Below are positions 1 through 14,199 of a stretch of 64,000 bases of DNA, piece after piece. Source of the DNA: Eledone cirrhosa (lineage: Eukaryota). The notes under the pieces are model-generated. The model was not told where the DNA came from, ran no database searches, and saw nothing but the letters and a program-made list of their open reading frames with translations. Position 1 is the first letter of the stretch, and every line of letters starts with the position of its first letter. The position numbers were made by a program, and so were the translations under genes. The stretch covers positions 157,418,001 through 157,482,000 of the forward strand of contig OZ024740.1 in NCBI GenBank assembly GCA_964016885.1, in the 5' to 3' direction.

Positions 1-589
1 CAGTTTTTGATTATGCAGGACATGATTTATCCCTAAGTAGGGGTGGGCCTTGCAAACAGCGCTCCTTAACACCCTGCTCCATGTGTTTCTGTCCGCTGGT
101 CTCACTTGGACCAAGCCAAGCCTAGCTTGATCCCAACAGACTTCATTTATCCTAGTCCTTTTTGGTCTTCCTGGACCTCTACTGCCTCCTGGATCAACAT
201 TCATTCTTTTCCTGATCCAGCCCTCACTGCGCTCGACATGGCCATACCAGCACATGCACCTTGTGTGAAGCACATCCTCGAGGTTGTTGATCAGCAGTCT
301 TTTCAGGAGCTCAGTTGAACTGACATCATCCTCATTGGTCACACTGCACATCCAGTGGACCATAGCTCTGTCATTTCTTCTGAGCCGATTCAAACATACA
401 CACAAACAAAATTAAATTAAGAAAATCTATTTGGATTTAGGCAAAATAAAAAAAATAAAAATTGTGTACCTACTACCTTCCAATTAATTTTTTTATATTT
501 ATCTAAAATTATTTTCTTGGCAATACATAACTTTCATTTAGTTTCATTATATCGTAGGCCCTTTTATATACCATCTAGAACTGTCCAGA

Positions 590-1100
590 ATTGATGGGAA
601 AAGCCTGACGATCGTACCGTGTGCTCCTGGATAAGAGGCATGTGTCTTATCTGGGACATCACCGACAGTGACTCTTTTGCTTCTTCCCACATCCTGGATG
701 CTGCGGTTAGGGTGAGAGCTACTGTTTCCATAGCGGAACGGAACAACATTCTGAAATACTGAGATCTGTCGGTTAACCTTTTCTAGCCTGTGGCTTTCAA
801 GACATTTGGGGGAGTTGGGCCGCTGACTACTAGGTTCTTGTCATCACTGGTGGCTCACCTAACTGAGGTAACTGCTCGTGAAGGTGCTTAGCTGTTCCTG
901 CACATCAGCCACGCCATCAACGAGGTAACGCTGTGAGCATGCTGGCTTGCCTCAAAAATTATTAGAGGTTCCAGTGCTCCTTGCAATATCATTGTGTTCT
1001 GGCAGCGGTTCATTTGTCCACCCCTTCCGCTTGCATTTTGATGTATGTGGTTCAACATGTGTGTATTAGCTGTGAGTGTTTTTTTATCTTTCTTTTTTTT
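590..1100 (+). mobile_element. 3' fragment of a CRE-like (restriction-like endonuclease) non-LTR retrotransposon
   Basis: Decayed frame reads DGKSL..VPCSWIRGMCLIWDITDSDSFASSHI, then T-rich tail. Homologous to 5268-5625, 6830-8690 (-) and 16240-17260. Confidence 0.65.
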
Positions 1101-1342
1101 TCTTTTATATACCTATAGCGAAAGTTCACCACATTTTAAATTCATTTTCTGTTTCGATGCCAATCAAATATGCTTGTAGGTAACATGATACGTATATTTA
1201 TTGGACTTCTTACGCATTTACAAAAACGAAAACTGATTAGATTTAAATTAATCTAATGAAATCATGTGAGACTGAGTTAATCTGTTGCTGTTATTAAAAG
1301 TGTTAATGTGTGTTTTAAAAATAAATGGTATTATTATGGTAA

Positions 1343-1857
1343 AGGGCGGTGGATTGGTAGAGGGTTGGACGCCATGCTTTGGCGTATAGAGTTACGGCCC
1401 TTGCAATTCTGAATTCAAATCCCGCCAAGGTTAACTTTGCCTTTCATCCTTACGGGGTCGATAAAATAAAGTACCAGTAATGCATTGGGTATTTGCTGGC
1501 CTTGTGCCAATAGTAGAAACAATTATTATGGCTGGACGTCATGCTTTCTAGCATAGTTACGTCCCTTTACTGTCTAAGTTCAAATCCCGTCGAGGTTAAC
1601 TTTGCCTTTCGTCCTTATGGGGTCGATAAAATAAAGTACCAGTAATGTACTGGGTGATTGCTGGCCTTGTGCCTAACATAGAAACAATTATTATGGTTGG
1701 ACGTCATGCTTTCTAGCATAGTTACGTCCCTTTACTGTTTAAGTTCAAATCCCGTCGAGGTTAACTTTGCTTTTCATCCTTATGTTGTCGATAAAATAAA
1801 GTCCAGTAATGTACTGAGTATTTGCTGGCCTTGTGCCAAAAGTAGAAACAATTATTA
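1343..1857 (+). mobile_element. Three tandem tRNA-derived SINE copies with a Meta/MESC-like core
   Basis: Each copy has a B-box-like (G/A)TTCAAATCCC, core GCCTTTCATCCTTACGGGGTCGATAAAATAAAGTACCAG (with variants) and tail CTGGCCTTGTGCC..AGAAACAATTATTAT. Confidence 0.85.
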
Positions 1858-1914
1858 TGAATGAAATCTCCTTGACCTCGTAATTCGTTAGTTTCATATC
1901 TGATGGAATGTTTT

Positions 1915-2880
1915 TAAGCCGTCCTTCGCAATTGGTAACGCGGTCTTTATGAATAAAGTAGGTTAGAGCGTAAACGAAGTTGAACTCACAGACGCCGAGA
2001 GCTTAGACAGGATGTAGTTTAGAACGATGACAAACTGTTCACGGAAATTAACGATATCGACCGAACGTTGTTGATCAGGCAAGACCTGTTTGCAGAATGA
2101 AAACGATAGGTCGGATTTTTACTATTTTTCTGTATGAAGCCTAATTTTCATATTATATAAATCTTTTCGGTCGTTTTATTATTTTATCCCAGAAATGATA
2201 ATTATTAACTGTCTTTCTCTTTCCTCTTATTCAGTGAAATCTGAATCGAGGCTGATTAGTCTCGTTTTCATTACGCACATGCGCTTTAGTTCTTCTTCCG
2301 GTCAGACATTTTGATGTTTGTGATTTACATACGTTAACTGTTTTAAACGTTAAATGTTTAAGGAAAAAGTAATTATATAAACAAATTGAAGTCAACACAT
2401 TTACTATGATGTAAACTAAAAAGAAAATACATAATCTGTCGTCTGCTTAATCCTTGGTGTCAACAACATTTTCTTTCACGTTTCGTAAACAGTATTCCCA
2501 ACAAGAAGTAAGTGATATTATCAGTCTCTCTCTCATTGTATTTCTTTGAATTTTTTTTTTTTCAATATTATCTTGACGTTTGTAATTTTGTTCTTTTTTT
2601 TTTATCCCTTGAACATATGCCAGTCTTTGTTTCCTCATATTACAAATTGATCAACAAGCATGCAATCGTTTGCTTAAGCAAAATAGAGGAACTGGAACTA
2701 CTTATATTGACAACGAAACTCATTATTGTTGATAATTTCTCCTATAGGCACAAGGCCAGCAATTAATGACGTTTCGAATGCTATTTCATACGAAACGCCA
2801 CCACCTGCCTCATTTGTAAAACATAAACTCATGTGACCTTGTTCGGCTGCCTCCGGAAGTTGTCTTCTGGATCCATAACC
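1915..2880 (+). promoter_or_regulatory. Promoter/first-exon-like module, copy 1 of 3
   Basis: NRF1-like CGCACATGCGC 2274-2284, ETS-like TTCCGG, CTGTCGTCTG, donor-like GTAAGT 2508-2513, TCATGTGACCTTG from 2829, CCGGAAGT. Same order of islands in all three copies. Confidence 0.55.
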
Positions 2881-4004
2881 AACATTTCATTAATGAATAT
2901 ATTTTTTTAGTTTTCTTTCTTTCACAAATACATTTGTCTTGGGGGGTTGTCTTGAACTTTACGGACTGTAAGAGAACATTTCTAAAACAATTAATCGATT
3001 CATTTTGGATTTTGCGCTTTCACAAAGAAATTTTACAACTATTGCTTTCCGATTGTAAACATTCTATTCCTTAACCTTAGCCCTAAATCACAATCGTAAA
3101 CCCTAATATATATATATGTAAAAACCAAAATCAATAGTACTGTTTACCATTTGATTTGTGTTGAAATATTTCTGTTTTATACTGTGAAGTCTAGATTCCT
3201 TTATATTATCACTTGAATAAACTGAAAAACAATTTTTGATAAAATCATTTGGTTATTTTTCACCCACATCTTTGCCAGGTTGTCTTGTATTTCAGAGTTC
3301 ATATAGCTCTAATACTGAGGTTGCTGATCACCAGTCTATATTACATAGACCTTTATGTTCACTACTAGTTCCCTGTTTCAATTCCTGTATGCAGTCTATG
3401 TGGTTAGTGTGTCTAGCAGGTGATCAGGTGGCTTGTTGGTTTTCTGTTGCAAATATAGTGCTGGTTTGTGTCACAACTCCATGAGTCTTAATCTTTCTTC
3501 ATTCCTCGAACGGTATCTATGGTGTTGCCCAACATATCTGGTAAAGCCACCAGCTGTTATAACTTGGTTATTGGCTATTAAGCATGAAATAAAGTCCCCA
3601 TCCTTTGTGATCGTTGGCTTAGTACGGCCCGACCTCGTTGAGCAAGTGCAAGAAGATGGTTAGGCACCAGAATGTATCGAGTTGTCTTCAGAACAATGCA
3701 AACTGTTCTCCCTTTGAGCAGCTATTTATAAAACTGAATTTGCATGTCTGCTGATTAGTTGCTCCAGAAACGATTAAATATGAAACTGCTAACCACCAGC
3801 CCTTTGATCTTGGAAACTGGACTTCTTTACCACATAACCATGGCACAGTCTTGTAGACAATGGTTGTCTTATATCCAGAAGTTTTCCATTGATTTACCTT
3901 TCATCTCTATTACTGTTGCAGCTTCCTTTCAGATGATACTTAAAATCAATACTGGATCACTATATATTTCAATGAGTTTAATAATTGTTTCTACTTATGG
4001 TACA

Positions 4005-4165
4005 AGGCCAGCAATTACCCAATACATTACTGGTACTTTATTTTATCGACCCCGTAAGGATGAAAGGCAAAATTAACCTCGGCGGGATTTGAACTCAGTC
4101 CGTAAAGGGACGTAACTGTGCTGCAAAACATGGCGTCCGACCTTCTACCGATACTGCCAATTCAC
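4005..4165 (-). mobile_element. Meta/MESC-core tRNA SINE
   Basis: Reverse complement of the SINE at 1343 (CTGGTACTTTATTTTATCGACCCG..GGATTTGAACTC). Confidence 0.85.
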
Positions 4166-5267
4166 CAATAGCAGGCAATAGTATATTTTTTATAACTTTC
4201 AGGGCCTTGTATTACCAGTATTTGAGTCAATGTAAAGACCAATCTAAGATTTCTCAATAATTCTGCTTTTATATCACACCTAGTTTGTTTATTTATCCGA
4301 TTACTAAATTTGCTGTTACTTTCAGTTTCGTATTTTATGTTGTTACTGTCCAAGTTTAGTTTATGTGCTGTACTGCTAAGCTTTGTGGCTGTTTTATACT
4401 GAGCCACCAATGAATATGTCAGCATTTGAATTTTTAGATGCATGTACGTTTTTGTGCGTTAAGAAGTTCACTTCAGAATCATTGATATTTCTTGGCCACT
4501 GGCGGTATTTATGCTCTCGGGTTTGGACATGCAAAGATCAGTACCTTAGTTAAACCAAGGGTTGACATAAGGAAGGGCATTCGGCAATAGAATATTGCCT
4601 CAAAATACTGTAAGCCAACCCATGCCATAGATAGGCAGATGTAAAAATTATGATTTGAATTTTTCTGATACAAATTCTGTTTTGATTAAGTTGCTTCATA
4701 TTTGGTAATATTGGCAAATGTTTCATTCTTAAATGGAGTTCTTGGTTGTTACTGATTATTTTTTGAGCAGCTTCGATCCAGCAAATATATTATCAAAGTC
4801 GTGATCTTGCACTCTCTTCTTCTGGCACATTGCACTCAGAACTACACCATAGAACCCTTTTTTTTTCTTTGTAAGATGTTAGAGTGGGATTTGAGAGAAA
4901 TATGGCTACTGTACTTAGTAGGTCAAGCAATCATTTTGAGCCTTCATTGTTGACGCGTTTTATTGGTTTTTCTCTCCGCGTGTATTACCCAGGGGCACTT
5001 CAAAATACACGTGTTTATATTTAAGAGCCAATCAGATTTAGATGGAGACGCCCTGTAATTAGATATAAATAAACAAGTTAATCCATTAATTGTGTAGTAT
5101 CTTTATTTTGTCAACATAACCGTCATCAGAATATTATAAATAAAAAAGAAAAAGGAAACTGAAAAAACAAAACAAAACACACAAGCAGGTAATATACACA
5201 TCTAGGACCACGTACAACAAAAGGCAAGCGAAAGGGGTGGACAAACGAACCGCTGCCAGAACAAAAA

Positions 5268-5625
5268 GTAACGAGAGCTACTGTTTCCATAGCCGAACGG
5301 AACAAAATTCTGATATACCGAGATCTGTTGGTTAACTACCTTTTCTAGCCTGTGGCTTTCAAGATAGGTTCGGCTCACGTAACCGAGGTAGCTGGTGATG
5401 CTCGTGAAGGTGCTAAGGTGTTCCGTTCCTGCGCATCAGCCACGCCACCACCCGGGATAATGTTGTGAGCGTGCTGGCTTGCCTCAAAAATTATTAGAGA
5501 GGTTCTAGTGCTCCTCGCGGTATCATTATCTTTTGTTCTGGCAGCGGTTCGTTTTTCCAACCTTTTCGCTTGCCTTTTGATGTATGTGGTCCAACATGTG
5601 TGTATTACCTGCGAGTGTTTTTTTT
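5268..5625 (+). mobile_element. CRE-like 3' tail, duplicate of 715-1100
   Basis: Near-identical to 715-1100 (GAGAGCTACTGTTTCCATAGC..GGAACAA; GCTGGCTTGCCTCAAAAA). Confidence 0.65.
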
Positions 5626-5829
5626 ATATATACCTATATCGAAAGTTCACCACATTTTAAATTCAGAAGCACTGGAAAACTTCTCTAATAATTTATTTAG
5701 TAAACCACTTCCAAACCAATTAATGTCTTAGTGCTTCGAACCATTCCATTGATATTGATTTTATTGTTTGAAACAAAAAAATCTTTGACATTTTGAAGTA
5801 AATTTCTTTGTCTCGTGACACTGTGAAGT

Positions 5830-6690
5830 GTTAAGCCATCCTTCGTAACTGTTGGTTTTCAAGAATAAAGTAGGTTAGTACGTAAACTCACGGAAAGTAA
5901 CGACATCGACCGAACGTTCGGAACAACAATGTGACATGAAAACTGGTCGATCAGGCGAAAACTGTTGGCTGAAAAAGAGGTCGACTTTTTCCTCTCTTTT
6001 TCTGAGAGCTTTGTTTTTATCTGTTAATCTTAATTTTCAATTCAAAATATATTATTTAACGTAATAAATTACAATGAATCATTATATTTCCCCCATCATT
6101 CAAACGAAATTGAATAGAAGCCTCGTTTTGATTCTGCACATGCGCTTTAATTCTTCTTCCTGTCAGACATTTTTCTTTCGTTGAATAACAGACATTAACT
6201 CATCTTTTAAGAAAAAGAAAAATAGTATTTGTTATTATATGACATTTATTATGAAGTTTTACTAAAAATCATTATCTGTCGTCTGCTTCGTCGTTCACGC
6301 CAACAGTGTACACATTGATGATTCGTAAACAATCCTTTCCAACAGGAAGTAAGTGACACACACACACACTCTCTCTCTCTCTCGTTATTACCCCACGGGC
6401 ACTTTTTATTTACGTTTTCTTTATGGTCTTGTACATTTCTTTTTATTTTCTGTCTTTTTTCATTTTGCAAATTGAACAAAGGTTCAAAGCAAAACAAGCA
6501 ATCGTCGTTTGTTGGACACAATATGGGAGAAAAATCTGTTTTTGTGTACAATGTAACTAATTATCATTAGTGCCGTTTGGAATGTCATTGTATACAAAAT
6601 ACTCCCATCTTACCCCATTCGTAAACATAAACTCATGTGACCTTGTTCGGCTATCACCGGAACCGTTGATTTCTGGATTTGAATCCATAA
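5830..6690 (+). promoter_or_regulatory. Promoter/first-exon-like module, copy 2 of 3
   Basis: TGCACATGCGC 6135-6145, TTCTTCCTGTCAGACATTTT, CTGTCGTCTG, CAGGAA|GTAAGT 6349-6354, TCATGTGACCTTG from 6633. Confidence 0.55.
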
Positions 6691-6829
6691 TATTTGATTG
6701 AAAATATATATATTTTCGGATTTTTGCAAATTATTATTATTATTTTTGCATATTTATTTATTTCGTTTGGAATCTAATAATTTGTTTTCTCCTATCTATG
6801 TATCTATCTAATACTGTTTAAAAAATGTT

Positions 6830-8690
6830 TATTATGATAAAGGAAAAAGAGAGGAGGCAATTCACTACCAAGTGCGACAATCGGCTGCACCTCACATCTA
6901 AGGGGTTAAACTAAACACTTTGAGGCAAGCCAACATACTCGCAGCATTACCATGGGTGATGGCGAGGCTAAGGCATTGAAATAACCAGGCACCCTCACGG
7001 GCATCACCTCAGTGAGGTGAGTCGACAGTGATGATAAGAACTTCCCTGTTAGTTGCCCAACTCCACCAAACGTCTCGGATGCCACAGGCTGGTAAAAATA
7101 ATAGATAAACCCAGGTATTTCCGAAATTTATTCTGTTTAGCAACGGAAGCAGTGATCCCCACATTCACAGTCTGTGATGTGGAACGGAGCAAAAGAGTCA
7201 CTGACTGTGACGTCCCAGATGAGACACCTACCAGGAACAAAGGGTAAGGCCGTCTGGTCTTTCCCATCACTTCTGGATAAACCAGCTGGCTCCAGAACTG
7301 TGGGGATATTTACCCAAGCCAGGGCCTGTTTGATGATCAGGTTTAAGTCTGTATGGTGGAAAAAACGACCAGCATTCAGGGTGCAGGACAAACCATGTAG
7401 ACCTGTGGAGTCAAGGGACCTACCACAGTGCCATTTTATACCCTGACAGGCGCTGGCTCCCACACAAAGTGCAATGGAGATGCGGAGCTTGTCCTGACTG
7501 AGAAGGCCTCCAATGTTGGTCACAGGCAGGGCATCAATCCAGTCCCCCAAAAACTTTGCACTTACAGAAAGTAAGCAGCATCTAGAAAAAGTGAGTTGTA
7601 AGTTTCCCTCGAACGCAGATTGTCCCATATTCTCTGCTTCCGTATACCTGCATCAGTAACGGGAACTGGCAAACCCAGCTCTCTCCACTGTAGTAAAGTT
7701 TCATCCAACTCCCTGGTGGAACTAGTCCAAGTTGGGAAGGAGAGGATGTCACCCACTAAAGGGGAGCAAGGGTGGATGGAGGAAAGAAAGCAAGGTAGGG
7801 ACAAAGGTGTACATTTACACAGACAGACCTTCAATCTGTTTGGATAAGGCAGCTTTGTCATGGGACTCTAGAGAGAGTTGGACATTGACCAAACCCTGGA
7901 GCTCACTGAATAAAAGTCATTGAAGTGTTGGAGAGACGACGAGAATTTGTATGAGAAACTAACTCTAAGGAAATACAGCAACTTAGGGATTGACAGAGAA
8001 TAAAAAAAAAAATCTTGGTGTGGCTCAATGACTTTGAGGTTAGCCAACTTAGATACAAAGATGGCCCTGAATGCTTGGTCAGTAATTGGGGTCCCAAGGG
8101 AGCAATACGCTGATAGGGGAGAAACCGCGATGGAGCGGAAGGACTGTGAGCAGGTCAACAGTCTGCTCATGTGAAGCTGGGTGGTTGAGCAGCCAGAGCT
8201 CGCATTTGGAACTGTTGACGTGAAGGCCCCCACAACCTAGCTCCTCAATCATCGTCTTCACAGTTGCAAGGACCTTGTCTGGAGGACCCCCAAGCAAGCA
8301 TCATCCAGGTCAAATCTCATCTTGGTGACGTCATCAAGGTGCAGGTCTAAACGAGTCACCCTGTTGGACCCCTGTGGCAGATAGTAGAAAATGGTCACCG
8401 AAGGTGAGGTAGGAGGGGCCCCAATAGGCTTGCCAAGCAAAGTGGTAAAGCTGCGGGGGCCTTTTACTGAATGTTGGATGACATCCTGACTGATGGAATT
8501 AAAAGTATTCCTGAGATCTAGCTTGAGGATAATCTTGGGAGTTTCAGAAAGCAAGTTGGTAAATGCTCTGGTGGCATGGGTGGCAGCCTCACAGTCCAGT
8601 TTGGTACCCACCCCTAGCTGAATAGGGGAAAATTCGGCGGACAGGCTGTCTGAAATCGAAGAGAGACATACTTTCGCAGTGAGCCATCAC
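6830..8690 (-). mobile_element. Decayed CRE-like non-LTR retrotransposon (RT, zinc knuckle, RLE)
   Basis: ORF fragments GTKLDCEAATHATRAF..ILKLDLRNTFNSISQD (RT) and CGRSLDSTGLHGLSC..HTDLN..LEPAGLSRSDGK..GRCLIWDVTVSDSFA (C-terminal zinc motif and restriction-like endonuclease region). Many frameshifts. Confidence 0.7.
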
Positions 8691-8799
8691 AGCAAAAGAG
8701 ACTTTTAAGAAATAGTTTGAATTTTCGTTTTGGGAATCATTGACTTATTGATTTAAAATAAAAATTGGTTTGTCGGCATGACTGCTGTGGAAGGTTCTG

Positions 8800-9663
8800 C
8801 AGGAATATGGGATGAATGCTCAGCTTCTTGTGCACTGATGACTCTATACGAATGTGCTAGTATTTGTGTTCGGTTAAATGGTGCTGAATCAAAACCATTC
8901 AATGTGGTATTTGGACTCTACTAAGGGTGTGTACTGTCACTTCTCATGTTTATAATCCTCATGAACAGGATTGACATGCACTGTCGAGTTGGAATTGGTA
9001 TCACAACTGGTGATCTTCGACATGCACTTGATAGGTTTGATGCTGAGTGCTGTACAGCTGGAATGTAAATCAGTACTGCAAAGACTGAGACTCTCTCTCG
9101 AGGAAGCCTTCGCAGTGCACTCTACATGTGAGTGGAGTTCTATTGAAGCAAGTTCAAGTATCTTGGGGCCATATTCACAAGTGATGGAAGGCAGGAGGCT
9201 GAATTAAGTGCAAGAATTGATGGAGCTGGTGCACTAATGCATCAGCTTCAGTATTTGGTAACCAGAGGAGAGGTAGTGGTAAAAGCCAAATTCGCTAACT
9301 TCAATTCAGTATTTGTCATGAATCTTGGATAATGACCGAAAAAAAAACAATCGTGAATACAAAATGGGGTTCCTCTAAAGATTCTTTGGAGTACATACCT
9401 CCATGTATGAGCTAATCACAGCTCTGATATGAGCATGTAGTTAGAATGTCTCAAGAAAGGATCACTAGACAGATTTTATGGGCAAAACCAACCAGCAGGA
9501 GACCTAGTGCAAGATGGTTGCATAACATCTATCAGCTTGGCTGGTCTCACATGGGAATCCAGCTGGATCAACTGGAGAATGTTGCTCTGACAGGACTCAC
9601 GAGAAGGAGTGTTTGAGGGCTCTGCCCTCAGGATCCTACCAGGAATAAGTGGGTGAAGAAGAG
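8800..9663 (+). mobile_element. Decayed RTE-group LINE, 3' part, with (GAA)n tail
   Basis: RT-like remnants (SKPFNVVFGLY*GCVLSL; FKYLGAIFTSDGR) and tail GGAATAAGTGGGTGAAGAAGA shared with 10820-11030, 13108-13610 (-) and 26985-27190 (-). Confidence 0.65.
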
Positions 9664-9717
9664 TCTGCTTCTAACTATACATATACTTGTTAGGACTAGG
9701 CTTCATCTGTGTGTGTA

Positions 9718-9758
<41 letters not shown>

Positions 9759-11099
9759 TTATGTATTTATGCATCATCATCATTTAACATTGGTTCTCCC
9801 TACTAGCAAGGGTTGGACATGTCGTCACAGACTAATCAGTATTCAAGCAGATCCTCTTATCTCCAAGTTCAATCACATGCTCTACTGGGTGTATTTTATT
9901 GTGGCACTACCAACACTACGGATGTTATTGTGAAAATCCTCAACACTGGAGGGATTGTCAATGTCTATGACACAACTGAAAAGTTTTCCTGACCCTATGT
10001 TTACCATCTTTTCTACAGTGGTATGCCCCTCCTACCATCAAGCACCATATAGGGTGTACTGGGTGCATTTATCATGGCACTGTCATTACAGAGGTTAATG
10101 TTGACTCACTTCAAGAGTTTTCCCTACCCTACTGACAGGAGTGGGGTGTTGCCAAGTGTTAGGGGATTTGAAGAATGGTGGATGGTGATGACATCCAACA
10201 ATGTGGGATGTAGTGGTGATAATAGGTAAAAGGTGACTATAACTGGGGTCTAAGAGTTTAGTAAGGTATCTAGATTATAATAGGAGGATGGGTGAGTGGT
10301 GGCACTGTGTAGTGTGTGGTTGTTATGATTTCTGAGGTTGGGTAGTAACTCTGTAAACATTGGATACTATTTTTCTACCAAAAATAATTTTTAAAAATTA
10401 AATTTTTTGTGTGGGTTTTCTTGGCTTAGGTAGTCTCAGGTTGCAGATAACCTGATGGTCAGTTGACAGCTCAGAATCGAAGATATCAGAAAAAAAAAAA
10501 AATCAATTACTGATCTCTGACCCCCTATTTCCCTTATACAATCTGATGCAGTACAGTTGATCAACTAGTTCAACTGTTCATGAAAATGAAGTCTATATCT
10601 CATTTACAATGTCAGTGTCTAGTATTATACTTGTTGGATTTTTACTTTTAGAAGGTACTAAGCATGATTGAAGAACTCATAACTGATGGGATGGTTGTGG
10701 TTGGAACACTTTTAAAAAGACTGAATGATCTCATTTTGAAAACAGAATTATTGTATTTGGAATGCTTTTAATAAAAAAAATTATGATCACACTATGGGCA
10801 TGTGGTTAGAAAAGAATTGCTGGACAGATTTTACGGGCAAAACCAACCGGCAGGAGACCCGGGATAGACCATGAGGAAGATGGCCAGATACCATCCATGA
10901 GCTTGGCTGGTCTTACTTGGGGATCCAGCCCGATCAGTTGGAGAGAGTTGCTTCTGACAATCTGCTGGAAGGATTGTTTGAGGACTCTGCCCCCACGACC
11001 TTCTCAGGAATAAGTGGGTAAAGAAGAAGATGGTTGGAATGCTTTTTAATAAAATGCAGGATGGTTTTGGCTGGAATGCTTTTTAGAAAAAGGACTGGA

Positions 11100-12440
11100 T
11101 GATTATTAAAAAGATGCAGATATTGTCAGCTAGCGACGATTCCAACAGCAGACATATCTGCTAAGACCAGATATTAGTTCAAGATCTGACTTGATTGTGC
11201 CAATTTATGTCTTCAGCTGTCCACTTTACGATTTATGCCATCAGAGAAACTCTTGCACAAGTGCATCAGGGATATGTTCATCATATGGGGGACAGTGTGT
11301 GTGACCAAACAAACAGAGGTACCTTTTGTGTAAGGGTTGTTGGAGGGAATTGATTAAGTAGTGATGACAAAGTTTGGAGTTTGGATAAAATTCAATGCCT
11401 AAGCATTGATGATTCAGCAATGGCAAAAGTAGTCAAAAAGGTCTAGCTTGCATACATTTGTGGCTATCATTGGCAATGTTTCTTCATCATCAAGATGCAG
11501 GTTTTTGTGGCTAGATGGATCTCTGACCTATACTAAAGCTAGCCTTGAATATGATAATGTAGTGTGTGCATAGTTGTAGGGACATCTATGTTATTGTTAC
11601 CATGATTTGTTGCAGTAAAAGTGATGTCAAGATAATTGAATTGATCGACTTCTTTTAGAATTTTGCCATTCAGTATGCCAGTAGATGGATATCTTTGTCT
11701 TGGTTGCATTAAGTTCCATGCTAACATTTGATGCAGGATCATGATGTCCCAGAGTGTGCTGTGGTTGACAGAATCAGAGCATGCTGCAAAATCCACAAAG
11801 CAGGTGATTGCTGTAGGTAATTTCGGCATTGTTCCTGAATCTTTTGCTTGATGAAAATTTGATCTGAGCTGCCTTGGCTCTGATAAAAATCCCACTGATT
11901 TCATTGGGTGAGTTGATCAAATTAAAATGTTTTTAGAATAATGGTAGTGAATATCTTGGTTGCAATATCTATAAAACTGATGTCCCTATTTTTACTATAA
12001 TAATGCCTATTACCCTTCTTAAAGAAAGGGAAAACTTCAGTCTTGTGGAGAAGATTCCATGTCCTAGATGCGTGTGGTCACATGATGCAGCTAGAAGGCC
12101 AAGACAGAATATTTCTTGAAAATTTTAGCAAATAAACCTTCACCCAGAACCTTGTTGTTTTTCAGCTTTTGAAGAGCTTCACACACCTCCTCAACAGTTG
12201 GGACATCCAAGATGTATGTGTAGAGTGGTGCCTGTGTAGTTAGTTAGGCTGGTTGGCAGATGGAGCATGATTGAACACATCTACAAAATGGTTGCGCCAT
12301 TGGCCAAGCTTCTCATCTAGACTTGATATAACTGTACCTTGAGCATCAAGAATTATTTCTCTTGTGTGGAAAATCCTTTGTGGTTAAATTTAGAAGTTAC
12401 TATTACTTTCGTGAATTCCTGACAGAAGCTGCATCCTCCT
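11100..12440 (-). mobile_element. Highly decayed LINE RT fragment (RTE-like)
   Basis: ORF 11539-11904 has TCFVDFAACSDSVNHSTLWDI and LKEVDQFNYL, resembling the RT FxDFxxAFDSV motif and the thumb region. Confidence 0.55.
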
Positions 12441-13107
12441 CAAGCAATACTGAATCTTGAGACACCGAAAAAATATCACAAGGCATATCGTGTGCATGTG
12501 TGCACAAGCTTTACAAACAGCTCACAAAATATTAGCTGTCTAAAATAATCTAGTAATTAATCATACTTATTTTATCAGTATGCACATGGATTTGCAACAG
12601 GAAAATTTTTGCACAACATGCAGTTTTTGCACACATTGACTACAAAAAATTAAAGGGGATATTGTGAGCTCTTTAAAATATAGGTTGGGTCTGTTTTTTT
12701 CTTCTATATAGTCATGGAGGGATTCTATGTCTTGTAGGAGGAAGGGATAAAGTTATCCCCAGGCCAGCATGCGTGCAACAGTTGCCCTTAGACCAGAGCC
12801 TTTAGCAGACTAAAGGCACCTAAGGGTCAAGTTTTAGTGTTAAACCAAGTAATGGATTAAGTTTGACACCTATGTAGCCCAAATCAGAATTTGAACTTAG
12901 GACAAATACTATAAGGCATTTGTTCTGGCAGTCTAACAATTCGGCCAATCCACTGCAGTAGACTGGAACATTATTTTAGCAACCCCCAAAGGATAAAAGA
13001 CAAAGTTGACCTCAGATTCAATCTGTACAGAGAAATAGATCAAATACTGCAAAGCATTTTTGTCTAACACTAACAAACCTGCGAATTTGCCACATCTAGA
13101 ATGATAT

Positions 13108-13610
13108 ATTCTTCTTTGCTCTCTTATTCCTGAAAGGGTCATGGGGGCAGTCCACAAACACTCCTTCCAGCGAGTCCTGTCAGAAGCAACTCTCTCCAAC
13201 TGATCGGGCTGGATCTCCAAGCTATACCAGCCAAGCTTGTGGATGTTATCCAACCATCTTGCTTGGAGTCTACCCCTTGGGTCTCATGCCAGTTGGTTTT
13301 GTCCGTAAAATCTGTCCAGCAATTCTTTCCTGAGACATTCTAACCACAGGCCAAAAGTATCGGAGCTGTGACCTGTCAATTTGGAGAAGTAGTGCTTCTA
13401 CCTGGAGTGACTCTGATCTTTGAGCTACGTACGTATCCAATAGCATCACTCCAAAGACTCTTCGGAGGAACCACATTTCAGCCGTTTGTATTCATGATCA
13501 TATTCTTTTGCTCATTACCCAAGATTCATGACCATAAGTAAGGGTTGGCATGAATACTGAATTGAAGATAGCGAGTTTGGCTTTTACACCTACCTCCCTT
13601 CTGATTACTG
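13108..13610 (-). mobile_element. 3' fragment of the (GAA)n-tailed RTE-group LINE
   Basis: MWFLRRVFGV..QLRYFWPVVRMSQERI..KPTGMRPKG, a typical RTE C-terminus. Confidence 0.7.
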
Positions 13611-14199
13611 AAGTTGGAGCATTATGGAATTATCTCATATTAAGTTTCACTGACCTTCCATATAGATGTAGAAAAAGCCTAACAATAAAAATGAAACTGA
13701 ATTTTCATCAACTTGCGAATTATTGTTTGATTCATTCAACTGATATGTTTTGTCCAATTTAAGATGATTTTATTTTGAATAATTTTTTCAATCCATTTAT
13801 TTTTAAAGGCATAAAGACATTATTGTGCAATATATCAATTCTTTCTTAAAATGGGTATGATTTGAGGGAGATTTGGCTGCTGTCCTCAGCATTTCATGTG
13901 ATCATTGTGGCTCCCCTAAACTCATAGTTTCCGCATGAACATCACCCATTCTCATGTCAGTTCTATGATTAAAGCTCGTAGTTAGGCTGCATATACATTT
14001 TATTGTCGACCACTTTATATACCTATATCGAAAGATGCACATTATCTTATGAATATACAAAATTAAACCAAAGGCATGTAAGTGTTTGAATCGTTTTGTT
14101 TATACTCTTGTTTAAATGAAAATATTCTAGGAAAATTTCATTGCTTGCGTTATATTGTGATATATTCATTAGCGCATTATATCTGGATTTGTCTTTTTT

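Noticed and set aside
3068-3106. Telomere-like CCTTAA/CCCTAA units
   Set aside because: Too short and degenerate to call.
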